Shown: positions 18,605-28,894, counted from the stretch's first letter. The stretch is 64,000 bases of DNA from an uncultured Collinsella sp. (GCA_938045065.1 CALIOA010000068.1:77495-141494); one strand, 5' to 3'. Notes: generated from the letters alone by a model not told the origin. Translations and numbers: made by a program.

Positions 18605-20794
18605 CTAAATCAGTTTTGTACTCTCCAGTTTTTCGATGATCCAGTCGTTGGCTTTGATGACCGGGCGGCGGAAGACGACGCCCAGGGCCAGGGACGGGAT
18701 CAGATAGCTTGCCAAGATGCCCAGCTCAATCCAGTACTCCATATGGTACGCACCGGCCATGGCGGCGTGCATGGCGTTGATGCCGTGAGTAAACGGCAGG
18801 AACGGATAGATCGCCTGGAACACGGGGCCGGTCATCTCGATGGGGAACGTGCCGCCCGAACCGCCGACCTGCATGACCAGCAGCACGACGGCGAGCGCCT
18901 TGCCGATATCGCCAAACGAAACCGTAAGCGTGTAGACGATATTGGAGAACACGAGACTCGCGACCCAGCCCGCCAGCACAAACTGCAGCGGGTCGTCGCA
19001 CTGGATGCCAAAGAACAGGATGTCGCCCGCGCACACGAGCGTTGCCTGCAGCAGGGCCAGACCGCCAAAGAACAGGTAACGGCCCAGGTAGATCTCGTGC
19101 AAGCGCACGGGGATCAGCTCATTGATGAGTTCGTCGTCAACCGAGACCTTCATCATGGCCGCCAGCACGATCGAGCCGACCCAGAGCGACAGAATCGTGT
19201 AGAACGGTGCCATGGCCGAACCGTAGTTGCGGATCGGATAGACCGGCTTGCGATCGAGCGCGACGGGGCCGGAAAGCGACACGGCCAGACCCTCGGGATC
19301 ATTGCCGATCATCGTCTTGATCGTAGCGAGGTCATCCGACATCAAGGCGCCGTCGAGCTCGTCCTTAAACGCACTGATCTTGTCCGACGCCTCGCCCAGC
19401 TGATCGGAAGCCTTGTTGACCAGCTTGGCGGCCTTGGAGAGGCCCTTCGCCAACGAGCCGGATGCGTCGGTCAGGCCGCCTACGGCGCTATCCAGGTCGC
19501 CCGAGATGCCATCAAGCGAGTCCAGAATGCCCGAAACCGTCTTCTTGAGCTCCTTGGCCTTAACCGAGAACGTGGAATCGTAATCGGATTTGGCACCCGC
19601 GATGCCGGCCTTGGCATCAGCGATGGCCTGATCGACCTCGGCACGCAAGTTGTTGACCTCGGCCATGCTATCGGAGAGAGACTTCGCGGTAGCCGCCAGA
19701 TCCTTGGCATTGTTGCGGTACTCAACGGCGATTCTGCCCAGCGACGTCGCGGCGGACTTGAGGCCGTCCTTCAAATTCTCATCGCTCACCTGGTCGGCAA
19801 GGCTGCGGAGCTGATCGGCCATCGCATCGATATCCTTGGCGCGCGCATTGAGGGCCGCAGCGGCATCGTTGAGTTGGGACACCGTAAGGTCGACATGCTG
19901 GTTTGCGGTGTCGAACGCCTTCGCGAGCTCGGCAGACACATTGTCGAACGAACCCGCACTTCCATCGATTGCGGCATCGATGGCATCGTTTGCCGCCTTA
20001 AGCGCTTCTTTGGAATCATCGATGCCGCTTTTGGCATGTTCCATGAGCTGCTTTGTCGACTCATCGACGGCACCGGTCTGCTTGAGCATGCCGCTCGCCG
20101 ACGTCAGCGAATCGGACGTGGAGCTCAAAATGCCCGCCAGCGACGAAGCATTTGCCTGAACGTCTCGCAGGTCCTCAATCGAATCGCCAAGCGTCGAGGA
20201 CAGGTTGGCGATAAAGTTGCTGACCTGGTCGGTGCTCATGTAATCGAGCAGGCTGGACACCGTCTTAAGACCGATGCTCGTAATGGTCTCGGTAAAAGTT
20301 TCGTTAACCTGGCTCTGAACGGCACTCGAACCCTTCTCGGTCACGATCTGCGCAATGGCGTTGGCCTTCTGGTTCTCGTAAAACTCGATATCGGCGTGTT
20401 TCACGTCGGTCGAGAAAAGCGTCATCATGTCAGCGCTAAACGTTTTGGGGATAACGACGGCAGCATAGTACGCGCCCGACTTAACGCCCTCGATAGCCTT
20501 TTCGCGATTGTTGAGCACAACCCAATCGAAGCTCTCGTTGCCGCGTAGGGTGGCGGTCACGTTTTCGCCCACGTTAACCTCGACGGGGATCAAATCGCTC
20601 TCGTAACCCTCATCGGTGTTGACCACGGCGATCTTAAGATTGCCGGTGTTGCCGTACGGATCCCAGCTGCCGGCGATGTTAAACCACGCGTACAGACACG
20701 GTACGATAATGAGGCCCATCACGACAACCAAGCCGATCACGGAGCGAGACACGTTTTGGACATCGCGCTTAAACAGATGCAGGATGTTCTTCAT
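18605..20794 (-). CDS. YhgE/Pip domain-containing membrane protein
   Basis: N-terminal TM segment, a long Ala/Ser/Asp-rich coiled-coil extracytoplasmic region and a C-terminal multi-TM domain (ABC-2/Pip-like); 729 aa. Confidence 0.8.
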   Translation of the reverse strand: MKNILHLFKRDVQNVSRSVIGLVVVMGLIIVPCLYAWFNIAGSWDPYGNTGNLKIAVVNTDEGYESDLIPVEVNVGENVTATLRGNESFDWVVLNNREKAIEGVKSGAYYAAVVIPKTFSADMMTLFSTDVKHADIEFYENQKANAIAQIVTEKGSSAVQSQVNETFTETITSIGLKTVSSLLDYMSTDQVSNFIANLSSTLGDSIEDLRDVQANASSLAGILSSTSDSLTSASGMLKQTGAVDESTKQLMEHAKSGIDDSKEALKAANDAIDAAIDGSAGSFDNVSAELAKAFDTANQHVDLTVSQLNDAAAALNARAKDIDAMADQLRSLADQVSDENLKDGLKSAATSLGRIAVEYRNNAKDLAATAKSLSDSMAEVNNLRAEVDQAIADAKAGIAGAKSDYDSTFSVKAKELKKTVSGILDSLDGISGDLDSAVGGLTDASGSLAKGLSKAAKLVNKASDQLGEASDKISAFKDELDGALMSDDLATIKTMIGNDPEGLAVSLSGPVALDRKPVYPIRNYGSAMAPFYTILSLWVGSIVLAAMMKVSVDDELINELIPVRLHEIYLGRYLFFGGLALLQATLVCAGDILFFGIQCDDPLQFVLAGWVASLVFSNIVYTLTVSFGDIGKALAVVLLVMQVGGSGGTFPIEMTGPVFQAIYPFLPFTHGINAMHAAMAGAYHMEYWIELGILASYLIPSLALGVVFRRPVIKANDWIIEKLESTKLI

Positions 20795-23611
20795 TTATGC
20801 CTCACCTCCTTTGGAGTGCTTGCCAAGCGCGGTGGTATCTCCATCATTTGTGGCTGTGCTGTCGCTGCCCTGAGATTTATGGTGCGAGCCGATATGCGGC
20901 AAGCGGCCCGTGGACTGATCGCCGCCCTTGGCACCACGCTCGCTGGCGTTGAGGCCAAACATGTGGCGGGCGGCAGGAATGGCGGCCGTGTGTTCGCGCA
21001 TCTCGCGACGCAGGTCCTCATCCGAAAGCGCCGAGATGCGCATCTGGGTATTGAGGCTCGCTCGGATATATTCGATATTGATCAGCCAGCCGCAGATGGC
21101 AATAACCGAGATGATCCAAATGACAAGCAGGATGATCTTGCCGTTATTGTCGATATCGAGAACCGTCGACAGGACAAAGAGCAGGACCTGAACGCCCACC
21201 ACGGCGGCAAAACCGCCCTTGATGTAGTACGGGTAGCGATGTTCAAAGGCGACCGCATGATCGAGTAGTTCGCGACGGTACGAATCGGAATCGAGCATGA
21301 CGCGCATGGCCGTGCGCAGCGAGTAGCGCTGGCGCGGCAGGTCGTTGGACTCGCAAATCATCATACCGGTCGTGGAGAGCTGTTTATCAAAGAGCAGGTT
21401 AAGGTTGAGCAGCAGCGGACGCAGCTGCAGGCCGATAAAGAGCGCCACGATCAAGAACACGCCAAGAATGCACAGGTTAAACAGGTAGTTGAACGAATAC
21501 ATGCCGCCGACCGTCTCGCGCAGCAGATTGATGCCGTAGGTAAAGGGCAGCAGCGGGTGCAGCCACTGGAAGAAGCCGGGCATCATCTCGATGGGGTACA
21601 TGCCCGACGAACCCGGGATCTGCACGATGACGAGAATGACGCCGATAGCCTTGCCGATATGCTTAAACGTGGTGGACAGCGCATAGATGATATTGACGTA
21701 GGTGAACGAAATGGCGATGCCGCCCAGCACGAACAGCAGCGGGCTGACGCACTGCACGCCAATCACCAGATCGCCTACCGTAACGATGATGGCCTGCAAC
21801 GCGCCCAGGATCACCAGGAGCAACCAGCGGCCAAAGTAGCCCTGACGCGCGGTAAAGCCACCGATGCCTTCGCGATCGACCTCGAGCTTGTAGATGGCGA
21901 TAAGCACGTAGCCGCCCACCCAAAGCGCCAGGTTGGTATAGAACGGGGCAATGCCCGAGCCGAAGCTCTTAACCGGATAGATCGACTTGGACGTCAACTC
22001 AACCGGAGATGCCATAAAGTCGGCAACGTCATTGACATCGACGCCCATCAGATCAGACAGCTCGCCCATGGACTCGGAGGTCTGTAGCGCCGCGATGTCG
22101 TTGGCGGCGGTTGCGAGCTTGTCCTGGACCTTGGCAAGCGAGGAATCGGTCTGGGACAGCGTGGTCTTGGCCTGGCCGAGCGTAGCGTTAAGCTGCGAAA
22201 GCGTACCGCGCGCGCTTGCAATCGTGGGCGTGAGGCCAGATACGATACCCGTCAAATCACCCGAGACGGCGGCAAAGGAATCAAGCGCGCTCGAGGCCTT
22301 CGGCAGCGCGTTTTGACCCAGGTCCGTCTGGGCCTGGCCAAGGTTGGTCGCACCGGTCTGAATTGCGTTATTGATAGCGTCGCCGGCACCCGAGACAGCC
22401 GCGGCGTCATTCGCCATGGCGCTCGACTGCGCAGACAGACCGTCCTTGATGCTCTGAAGCTTTTCATTCTGCTCTCGAAGCAAATCGATGGTCGATACAA
22501 TGCGCGCGTCAATTTCCTCGGAACCTGTCGACGTGTCATTGGCGAGAATCTCTAAGTGCCCGATAACGGCCTTATTGTGGTCGATCGTCGCTTGGAGAGA
22601 CTCGAGCGAGTTGTCGATACGGGTGGTCGTAGATGTGACCGTGCCCGTCAGCTTGCCGATGGCAGCGTTCGCAGAGGCCGACGTCTTGGTAAGCGCAAGG
22701 CTGCCTTCCGAGAGCGCCTTGGAGAGCGAGGCGATAGAGTTGCCCGCCGTGGTGCGAGCTTCGCCCAGCAGGTCGTTGCCCTGGGAGATCGCCTGCGTCA
22801 GCGACGGCGCCTGACCCTGCAGGCCGGCAAGCGCTGCATCGGCCGAGGCGATGGCGCCACTCGTCTTATCGATGGCGGCATTCATGTCGCCAATCGAATC
22901 GCGCACCTCGCCCAAGGTATCGGATGCCTCGGAGACAGAACTTGCCAACGAATCCCGAGTCTGGGTTGCCTTGTCCTTTAAATCGACTCCGGCATCCTTG
23001 GCAATGCTGGCAACGGTCTCGCCCACCGTGGAGACAAATTCCGAGTTGATCTGCTCCTCGATGGTGCTTGCGCCGGTGTCGGTAACCTTGGGCGCAATAG
23101 CGCTCTTCTTCTCATTGACGTAGTACGTAAGCTTGGGCTGATGGTAGTTGCCGTCGAGCATCGAAACCAGGTTATCCGAGAAGTTCTTGGGGATTACGAT
23201 GGCCGCATAGTACTCACCACTCTCGACGCCCTCCTTGGCATCGGACGCCGAATCGACGAAGGTCCAGCCCAGCTGATCGTTCTCCTTGAGCTGATCGACA
23301 ACCTGATCGCCCGCGTTGAGCTCGCCCACCAAGTCGTTTTGGGTGCCCCGATCGTTGTTGGCGATGGCAATCTTGATACCCTGGGTATTTCCGTACGGAT
23401 CCCAGTTTGCCACGATGTTGTACCAGGCATACAGCGAGGGAATAACACACACGCCAAGGGTAACTACCAAGGCGACGGGGTTCACGAGCAATCGCTTGAT
23501 GTCACGCTTAAAGATCGCAAAGGACACCTTTGCATTGGATAGTTTGCTGCCGAGACTCACGCTTGGACCATCCATCCTGTCGTTGAATCGAATCGTACTA
23601 TCGACAACCAT
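20795..23611 (-). CDS. YhgE/Pip domain-containing membrane protein (paralog with C-terminal extension)
   Basis: Same architecture as the neighbouring gene; 938 aa; the two are tandem, with the stop and next start adjacent. Confidence 0.8.
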   Translation of the reverse strand: MVVDSTIRFNDRMDGPSVSLGSKLSNAKVSFAIFKRDIKRLLVNPVALVVTLGVCVIPSLYAWYNIVANWDPYGNTQGIKIAIANNDRGTQNDLVGELNAGDQVVDQLKENDQLGWTFVDSASDAKEGVESGEYYAAIVIPKNFSDNLVSMLDGNYHQPKLTYYVNEKKSAIAPKVTDTGASTIEEQINSEFVSTVGETVASIAKDAGVDLKDKATQTRDSLASSVSEASDTLGEVRDSIGDMNAAIDKTSGAIASADAALAGLQGQAPSLTQAISQGNDLLGEARTTAGNSIASLSKALSEGSLALTKTSASANAAIGKLTGTVTSTTTRIDNSLESLQATIDHNKAVIGHLEILANDTSTGSEEIDARIVSTIDLLREQNEKLQSIKDGLSAQSSAMANDAAAVSGAGDAINNAIQTGATNLGQAQTDLGQNALPKASSALDSFAAVSGDLTGIVSGLTPTIASARGTLSQLNATLGQAKTTLSQTDSSLAKVQDKLATAANDIAALQTSESMGELSDLMGVDVNDVADFMASPVELTSKSIYPVKSFGSGIAPFYTNLALWVGGYVLIAIYKLEVDREGIGGFTARQGYFGRWLLLVILGALQAIIVTVGDLVIGVQCVSPLLFVLGGIAISFTYVNIIYALSTTFKHIGKAIGVILVIVQIPGSSGMYPIEMMPGFFQWLHPLLPFTYGINLLRETVGGMYSFNYLFNLCILGVFLIVALFIGLQLRPLLLNLNLLFDKQLSTTGMMICESNDLPRQRYSLRTAMRVMLDSDSYRRELLDHAVAFEHRYPYYIKGGFAAVVGVQVLLFVLSTVLDIDNNGKIILLVIWIISVIAICGWLINIEYIRASLNTQMRISALSDEDLRREMREHTAAIPAARHMFGLNASERGAKGGDQSTGRLPHIGSHHKSQGSDSTATNDGDTTALGKHSKGGEA

Positions 23612-23761
23612 TGTAGTAGGCGCTTTAACGTCTCAAAGCACAATGGTGTTGAGTTTTGCGGGTAGCAATATACTACGAAGATGAGTTAGCGTACAGTTGT
23701 ACAGTATCTTAAATTTCAGCAGGTCACAAAACCACAACCCGCACAAATTATCAATCCGACC

Positions 23762-25227
23762 AGTCATTGGGTGTTCCTATAGTTTTGTCAACCGTCGGGG
23801 CTACTCCCGGTAGGGCACCCGGTCGCGCATCACGGCGTATATCGCCCTGAGCCGCTTCCTCGCGACGGCCTTGAGCGCCCGCCCGTGCCCCATGCCCCGC
23901 GCCCTGCAGGCCCGGTAGTACTCGCCGTAGCGCCCCGAGGACCTCACCAGGCTGTTGCACGAGAAGATCAGCAGGGACTTGAGCCTCGCGTCGCCGCGCC
24001 TGGACGCCCTGACCGACCTCACCGACGTGCCGGAGCTCCTCACCCTCGGGGCTATGCCGCAGTACGAGGCCAGGTGGTCGTGGTCCGGGAACCTCCCGAT
24101 GTCGACCGACACCGCGAGCTGCGCCGCGGTCCTCGGGCCGATGCCGGGCACGGTGAACAGGCACGCGTAGGTCTCGTCGCCCTCGAGCAGCGCCGCCGTC
24201 TCGGCCTCGAGGGCCCCGGCCTCGTCGAGGGCCTCCGATATCCGGGCGGCCAGGAACCTGACCTGCCTGTTCTCGGCCTCGACGAGCGCCGGCGGGGGCG
24301 CGGTGGAGGCGGCCGCGGCCTCCCCGGCGGCCTCGGCCCGCGGGCCCTCGGCCCCGGAGCGGGCGATCCCCCACGCCCCGCCGAACCCGGCGAGCAGCTC
24401 CAGCCACCGCCGGTCCGACAGGTCGACCGCGGCCTCGAGGGCCGGGCAGGACTCGAGCAGCACCGCGCGCAGGCGGTTCTTGTCCCTGGTCGCGCAGGCG
24501 ACGACGTGGTCGCGCTGCGACGAGAGGGCGCGAGCGGCCTCGAGGGCCTCGCCGCGGCCCGGGACCCCCGACAGGGAGTCCGGCACGCCCAGGGCGGTCC
24601 GCGCGATCACCGCGGCGTCGCGCTCGTCGGTCTTGGCCTCGCCGGCGAACAGGCCCGCGGCGCGGCTGGCGGCGAGGCCGGGCAGGTAGGCGACCCCGAG
24701 CCCCGCGGCGCGGGCCCGCCTCACGGCGAGGGACCCTATGTTGCGGAACTGGTCGACGACGACGAGCGTGCCGGCGGGCGCGGAGGCGAACAGCGCGTCG
24801 AGCTCGGCCTCCCTGTTGCGGACGGGGGCGCTGGCCAGCACCTCCCCGTCGCGGTCGATCAGGCAGGCCCAGTGCGACGACTTGCCGACGTCCAGGCCGA
24901 GCACGGCCGCGGGTCTGGTGGATGGCGCTTTCACGGTGGTATCCTTCCGGTAGTCGTTCGACCGGATGGCCTCCCCCTCGGCACTCACATTACCAGCCGC
25001 GGCGCCTGCCCGGCACTTTCCTATCAGCCGTCGGGGGCGGCGCGCCCCGCGCCGGCAGCACCCAACAGGCCCTCTCGGGGGCAGGGACGTTCGGCCGTGC
25101 GCGGGCGCCCGGTCGGCGGCCCGTTCTGGGCGCGCCTCAATCGTAGCCCGAGACGGTCCCGGGCTGACAATTTCGACTGTAATGGACGTTCTTAAACGAC
25201 TAGTCAAACAAAAACGTCCCCAATGAC
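23762..25227 (-). mobile_element. IS110-family insertion sequence (~1.47 kb), locally ~75% GC
   Basis: Carries a DEDD-type IS110 transposase. A 10-bp inverted repeat AGTCATTGGG (23762-23771) / CCCAATGACT (25218-25227) sits near both ends, and there is an abrupt GC jump relative to the flanks. Confidence 0.55.
23801..24934 (-). CDS. IS110-family transposase
   Basis: VLGLDVGKSSHWACLI N-terminal DEDD motif and GIGPRTAAQL C-terminal motif. A GTG start at 24934 is preceded by a GGAAGGA RBS; the longer ATG-initiated ORF is probably overextended. Confidence 0.85.
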   Translation of the reverse strand: MKAPSTRPAAVLGLDVGKSSHWACLIDRDGEVLASAPVRNREAELDALFASAPAGTLVVVDQFRNIGSLAVRRARAAGLGVAYLPGLAASRAAGLFAGEAKTDERDAAVIARTALGVPDSLSGVPGRGEALEAARALSSQRDHVVACATRDKNRLRAVLLESCPALEAAVDLSDRRWLELLAGFGGAWGIARSGAEGPRAEAAGEAAAASTAPPPALVEAENRQVRFLAARISEALDEAGALEAETAALLEGDETYACLFTVPGIGPRTAAQLAVSVDIGRFPDHDHLASYCGIAPRVRSSGTSVRSVRASRRGDARLKSLLIFSCNSLVRSSGRYGEYYRACRARGMGHGRALKAVARKRLRAIYAVMRDRVPYRE

Positions 25228-25273
25228 TACTTAGGACCACGGCAACGTCGATGTTTTGGCAATGCCAGCGAGC

Positions 25274-25369
25274 GGGCGCCAGAGCGAACAAATTGGCATG
25301 AAAAGAGGACGGCATAGACCTTCTGGTCATGCCGTCCTCTTTGAATGACAAGTTGTCGCTCTGGCGCCC
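25274..25369. repeat. ~96-bp imperfect palindrome between the IS110 right end and the htpG 3' end
   Basis: Outer arms GGGCGCCAGAGCGA and inner arms GAGGACGGCAT(A)GACC pair across a centre at ~25322. Confidence 0.5.
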
Positions 25370-25372
25370 GCG

Positions 25373-25456
25373 CAGCGTCGACCGGTCCGCCGTTCGTTAG
25401 AACGGCGGAACTGAGGGCAGCGTCGACCGGTCCGCCGTTCGTTAGAACGGCGGAAC
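25373..25456. repeat. tandem direct duplication (2 x 39 bp, 45-bp period) of a hairpin downstream of htpG
   Basis: CAGCGTCGACCGGTCCGCCGTTCGTTAGAACGGCGGAAC occurs at 25373-25411 and 25418-25456, each with a 10-bp stem TCCGCCGTTC/GAACGGCGGA. Confidence 0.6.
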
Positions 25457-25459
25457 CAA

Positions 25460-27484
25460 TTACATAAGTTCACAAATGGCGGCTGCGAAGGCTACGGGGT
25501 CCTCGGGGAGGATGCCCTCGACCAGCAGGGCCTGATCGTAGAGCAGACCGGAGTACTGCTTGATCTTGTCGGCGTCGCCTGCCTTCTGGGCAGCGACAAG
25601 CTTGTCAAAGACCGGGTGCTTGGCGTTGAGCTCGAGCACGCGCTGGCTCTTGGGCATGCCGTCGGGCGCGCCCTCGGGTCCCTTCTGGAGCACCTTCTCC
25701 ATCTCAAGCGAAAGCGGGCCCTCGGTGGTGATGCAAGCGGGGGCATCGGTCAGGCGCGCGGAGACGGCAACTTTCTCGACCTTGTCACCGAGCGCCTCCT
25801 TCATAGCGCTAAAGAGGTCCTCGTTTTCCTTGGTGGCGTCCTCGGCCTCCTTCTTCTCGTCCTCGGTCGCCAGATCAAGATCACCGGTTGCGACGTTCTT
25901 GAGCTCCAGGTGACGATCCTCAACCTCGGGCTCGGCACCATCGGCCACGGCCTTCTCGGCAGCCTCGCGGGCGGCATCGTCCTCGTAGATCTTGGGCATA
26001 TCGGCGGCAACGTACTCACGCATAGCCTGGAAGGTGAACTCATCCACGTCCTGCGTCAGCAGCAGCACGTCATAGCCGCGGTCGAGCACGCCCTTTACCA
26101 CGGGCATCTTGGCCAGACGCTCACGCGAGTCGCCGGCGGCGTAGTAGATGGCCTTCTGATCCTCGGGCATGCCCTTGGCATACTCGGCCAGGGTAATCAT
26201 CTTCTGTTCCTTGGCAGACCAGAACAGCAACAGGTCGGCGAGCTCATCGGCCTTCATGCCATAGCTCGAGTAGATGCCGTACTTAAGACCGCGACCAAAG
26301 TTCTCAAAGAACTTCTCGTAGGCCTCGCGGTCGTTGTCACGCATATCCTCAAGGTCGGCGGTAATCTTCTTTTCCACGCGCTTGGCGATGGCCTTAAGCT
26401 GACGGTTCTGCTGCAACGTCTCACGCGAGATGTTGAGCGACACGTCAGCAGAATCCACGACGCCGCGAACAAAGTTGTAGTAGTCGGGCAGTAGGTCGTC
26501 GCACTTCTCCATAATCAGCACGTTGGAGCTGTAGAGCGCCAGGCCCTTCTCGTAGTCCTTGCTGTACAGATCGAACGGCGCGCGGTCCGGCACAAACAGC
26601 AGGGCGTCATACTCGAGCGTGCCCTCGGCATGGAAGCTGATGGTGCGCGCAGGATCGTCAAAGTCGTGGAACGTGGACTTGTAGAACTCGTCGTAGTCCT
26701 TCTGCTCGACATCGGAGCTGCGCTTTTTCCAGATCGGTGTCATTGAGTTGACGGTCTCGAGCTCCTGGTAGTCCTCGTACTCGGGCTTGTAATCGTCGCC
26801 GGCGTCCTCGGGCTTGGGTTTCTGGCGGCTCTTGGACACCATCATCTGAATCGGGTAGCGCACATAGTTGCTGTACTGCTGAATCAGGCTCTTGAGGCCC
26901 CACTCGGTCAGGAAGCGATCGTAGGTCTCGGCCTCGCCGTCGGCATCGAGCTTCTCGTTCTCGCGCAGCGTCAGGATGACATCGGTACCGTGCTCGGCGC
27001 GCTCGCCGTCCTCGATGGTGTAGCCCTCAAGACCGTCGGATTCCCACACATGGGCGACATCCTCGCCGTAGGCGCGGCTGACGACCTTCACATGGCTGGC
27101 GACCATAAAAGCCGAGTAGAAGCCCACGCCAAACTGGCCGATGATGTCGACATCCGAACCCTGCTGCTCGGCGTTCTCGGTCTTAAACTCCTCGGAGCCG
27201 GAATGAGCGATAGTGCCTAGGTTGCGCTCGAGCTCCTCGGCGGTCATGCCAATGCCGTTATCCGAGATGGTAATGGTGCGGGCGTCTTTATCAAAGGAGA
27301 CGCGAATGGCCAGGTCGCCCTGGTCGATCTTGACGCTCGGGTCCTGCAGACTCTTAAAGTTGAGCTTGTCGACGGCGTCGCTCGCGTTAGAGATAAGCTC
27401 GCGCAGGAAGATTTCCTTATTGGTGTAGATGGAGTTGATCATGAGGTCGAGCAGTTTTTTGCTCTCGGTCTTAAATTGACGCAT
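25460..27484 (-). CDS. htpG: molecular chaperone HtpG (Hsp90)
   Basis: 674 aa; GHKL ATPase N-terminal motifs (ELISNASDA), middle domain and C-terminal dimerisation domain. Confidence 0.95.
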   Translation of the reverse strand: MRQFKTESKKLLDLMINSIYTNKEIFLRELISNASDAVDKLNFKSLQDPSVKIDQGDLAIRVSFDKDARTITISDNGIGMTAEELERNLGTIAHSGSEEFKTENAEQQGSDVDIIGQFGVGFYSAFMVASHVKVVSRAYGEDVAHVWESDGLEGYTIEDGERAEHGTDVILTLRENEKLDADGEAETYDRFLTEWGLKSLIQQYSNYVRYPIQMMVSKSRQKPKPEDAGDDYKPEYEDYQELETVNSMTPIWKKRSSDVEQKDYDEFYKSTFHDFDDPARTISFHAEGTLEYDALLFVPDRAPFDLYSKDYEKGLALYSSNVLIMEKCDDLLPDYYNFVRGVVDSADVSLNISRETLQQNRQLKAIAKRVEKKITADLEDMRDNDREAYEKFFENFGRGLKYGIYSSYGMKADELADLLLFWSAKEQKMITLAEYAKGMPEDQKAIYYAAGDSRERLAKMPVVKGVLDRGYDVLLLTQDVDEFTFQAMREYVAADMPKIYEDDAAREAAEKAVADGAEPEVEDRHLELKNVATGDLDLATEDEKKEAEDATKENEDLFSAMKEALGDKVEKVAVSARLTDAPACITTEGPLSLEMEKVLQKGPEGAPDGMPKSQRVLELNAKHPVFDKLVAAQKAGDADKIKQYSGLLYDQALLVEGILPEDPVAFAAAICELM

Positions 27485-27686
27485 GTGCAGTCCTTTCGCG
27501 CTACCCCCGTCCGCAAAAACGGCCCGGTCGCCCGAGCCGAATCGCAGACCTGCTATGTTCAGACTTAGATTTTATAACCCATTAGCGCGCATATATACAT
27601 ACGGAATCGAAAAACTGTATGTCTAAGCGCTCCGATGCGCCAATTGCCAAGGAGCGTCCCCAACTGCCGGCAGAAAAGGAACGTCC

Positions 27687-28205
27687 CTATCTGCCATCTA
27701 CGCGCTTGGCCATCCAGACATGGGGCTGGCCCTCGTCTTCGTAATCTACCGGGGCGATTTGCGTGTAGCCCGCCTTTGCATAGAGCGGCAACACGTATTC
27801 CTGCGCATGCAGCTTAATAAGCTTAGCGCCGGCATCGCGTGCACACGAAGCACTGGCCTCGACGATCGCACTCGCCAGTCCGCGACGACGCATAGCCGGC
27901 AGCACGGCGACGCGCCCCATAATGTAGGTCTCCCCCGCCGCAACGCCTTCGTCCATGTCGCATGCCGGCAACACCGGGGCCTCTGCGTCAGCCACGCGCT
28001 CAAGCTCTTCGGGAAACACGCGCGAGCAACCGGCAAGCTCGCCGTCTGCATAGAGCGTCACATGAATGCAGTTCGGATCCTCGTCGATAGCGTCGAACTC
28101 ATTCTCGTAGCCCTGCTCGTCCATAAAAACGACGCGGCGCACCAACGCCGCGTCATCAAAGCATCCCGTCTTAAGTTGGATATCCATGGCTGCCCTTTCA
28201 TTCAA
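27687..28205 (-). CDS. GNAT-family N-acetyltransferase
   Basis: Acetyl-CoA binding motif region (RRRGLASAIV) typical of GNAT; 172 aa. Confidence 0.7.
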   Translation of the reverse strand: MNERAAMDIQLKTGCFDDAALVRRVVFMDEQGYENEFDAIDEDPNCIHVTLYADGELAGCSRVFPEELERVADAEAPVLPACDMDEGVAAGETYIMGRVAVLPAMRRRGLASAIVEASASCARDAGAKLIKLHAQEYVLPLYAKAGYTQIAPVDYEDEGQPHVWMAKRVDGR

Positions 28206-28226
28206 TGCGAACGTTAGGGACAGATT

Positions 28227-28877
28227 TTAGCGAAAATGAGCTCCGCGTACGCTAAACTTCGCGCGAGCCTTCGCCAGGCAGTCGTAATGACCCACGTTAT
28301 GGGCATCGCTCGCGATGAAGCTGTACAGGTTCTGATCGAACAGGCGCTGTGCCGGCTTTTTCTCGCGACCAAAGCGACCGCCGGCAATAAAGTCCGCCGA
28401 AGCCTGCAGCTTGCAGCCCATATCGACCAGACGCTCCGCCACGCTTACATCCTTTTGAACCGCACGATAGCGCTCAGGATGAGCGATGATCACCTGGTAG
28501 CCACGGCACTGCAAATCGTAAATCGTGTTCTCGTACTCTCTAAACGCATACGCATCGGCATGCGTCGAAAGTTCGAGCAGAAACTCGTTGGTCCCATCGA
28601 AATGCAAGTGCTCCGCGGCATCGATACCAAGCTCAACGAGCTTTCGATGGTTGACCTCGAAGCCCATCTGGAGCGGAAAACCGTCAGCGTTATCACGCAG
28701 CAGCTCAAAGGCATCCCACATCTTGTCGTAATCAAAATAGGGATCACGGCAGTGAGGAGTGCAAACGATTCTGGTTACACCGGCCCGCTTGGCAGCCTCG
28801 AGCATCGCCAAGCTCTCATCGAGATCGGCGGCGCCGTCGTCTACACCCGGCAAGATATGGCAATGAATGTCACGCAT
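28227..28877 (-). CDS. cpsB: PHP-domain protein-tyrosine phosphatase (CpsB/Wzh/YwqE-like)
   Basis: HCHILPGVDDG N-terminal metal-binding motif of CpsB-type phosphatases. Confidence 0.8.
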   Translation of the reverse strand: MRDIHCHILPGVDDGAADLDESLAMLEAAKRAGVTRIVCTPHCRDPYFDYDKMWDAFELLRDNADGFPLQMGFEVNHRKLVELGIDAAEHLHFDGTNEFLLELSTHADAYAFREYENTIYDLQCRGYQVIIAHPERYRAVQKDVSVAERLVDMGCKLQASADFIAGGRFGREKKPAQRLFDQNLYSFIASDAHNVGHYDCLAKARAKFSVRGAHFR

Positions 28878-28894
28878 AGGTCAGCCTTAATCAA

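Noticed and set aside
23885-25195. 436-aa plus-strand ORF and other long ORFs inside the IS110 region
   Set aside because: The ~75% GC of the IS produces long open frames on all strands; only the minus-strand frame carries IS110 transposase motifs.
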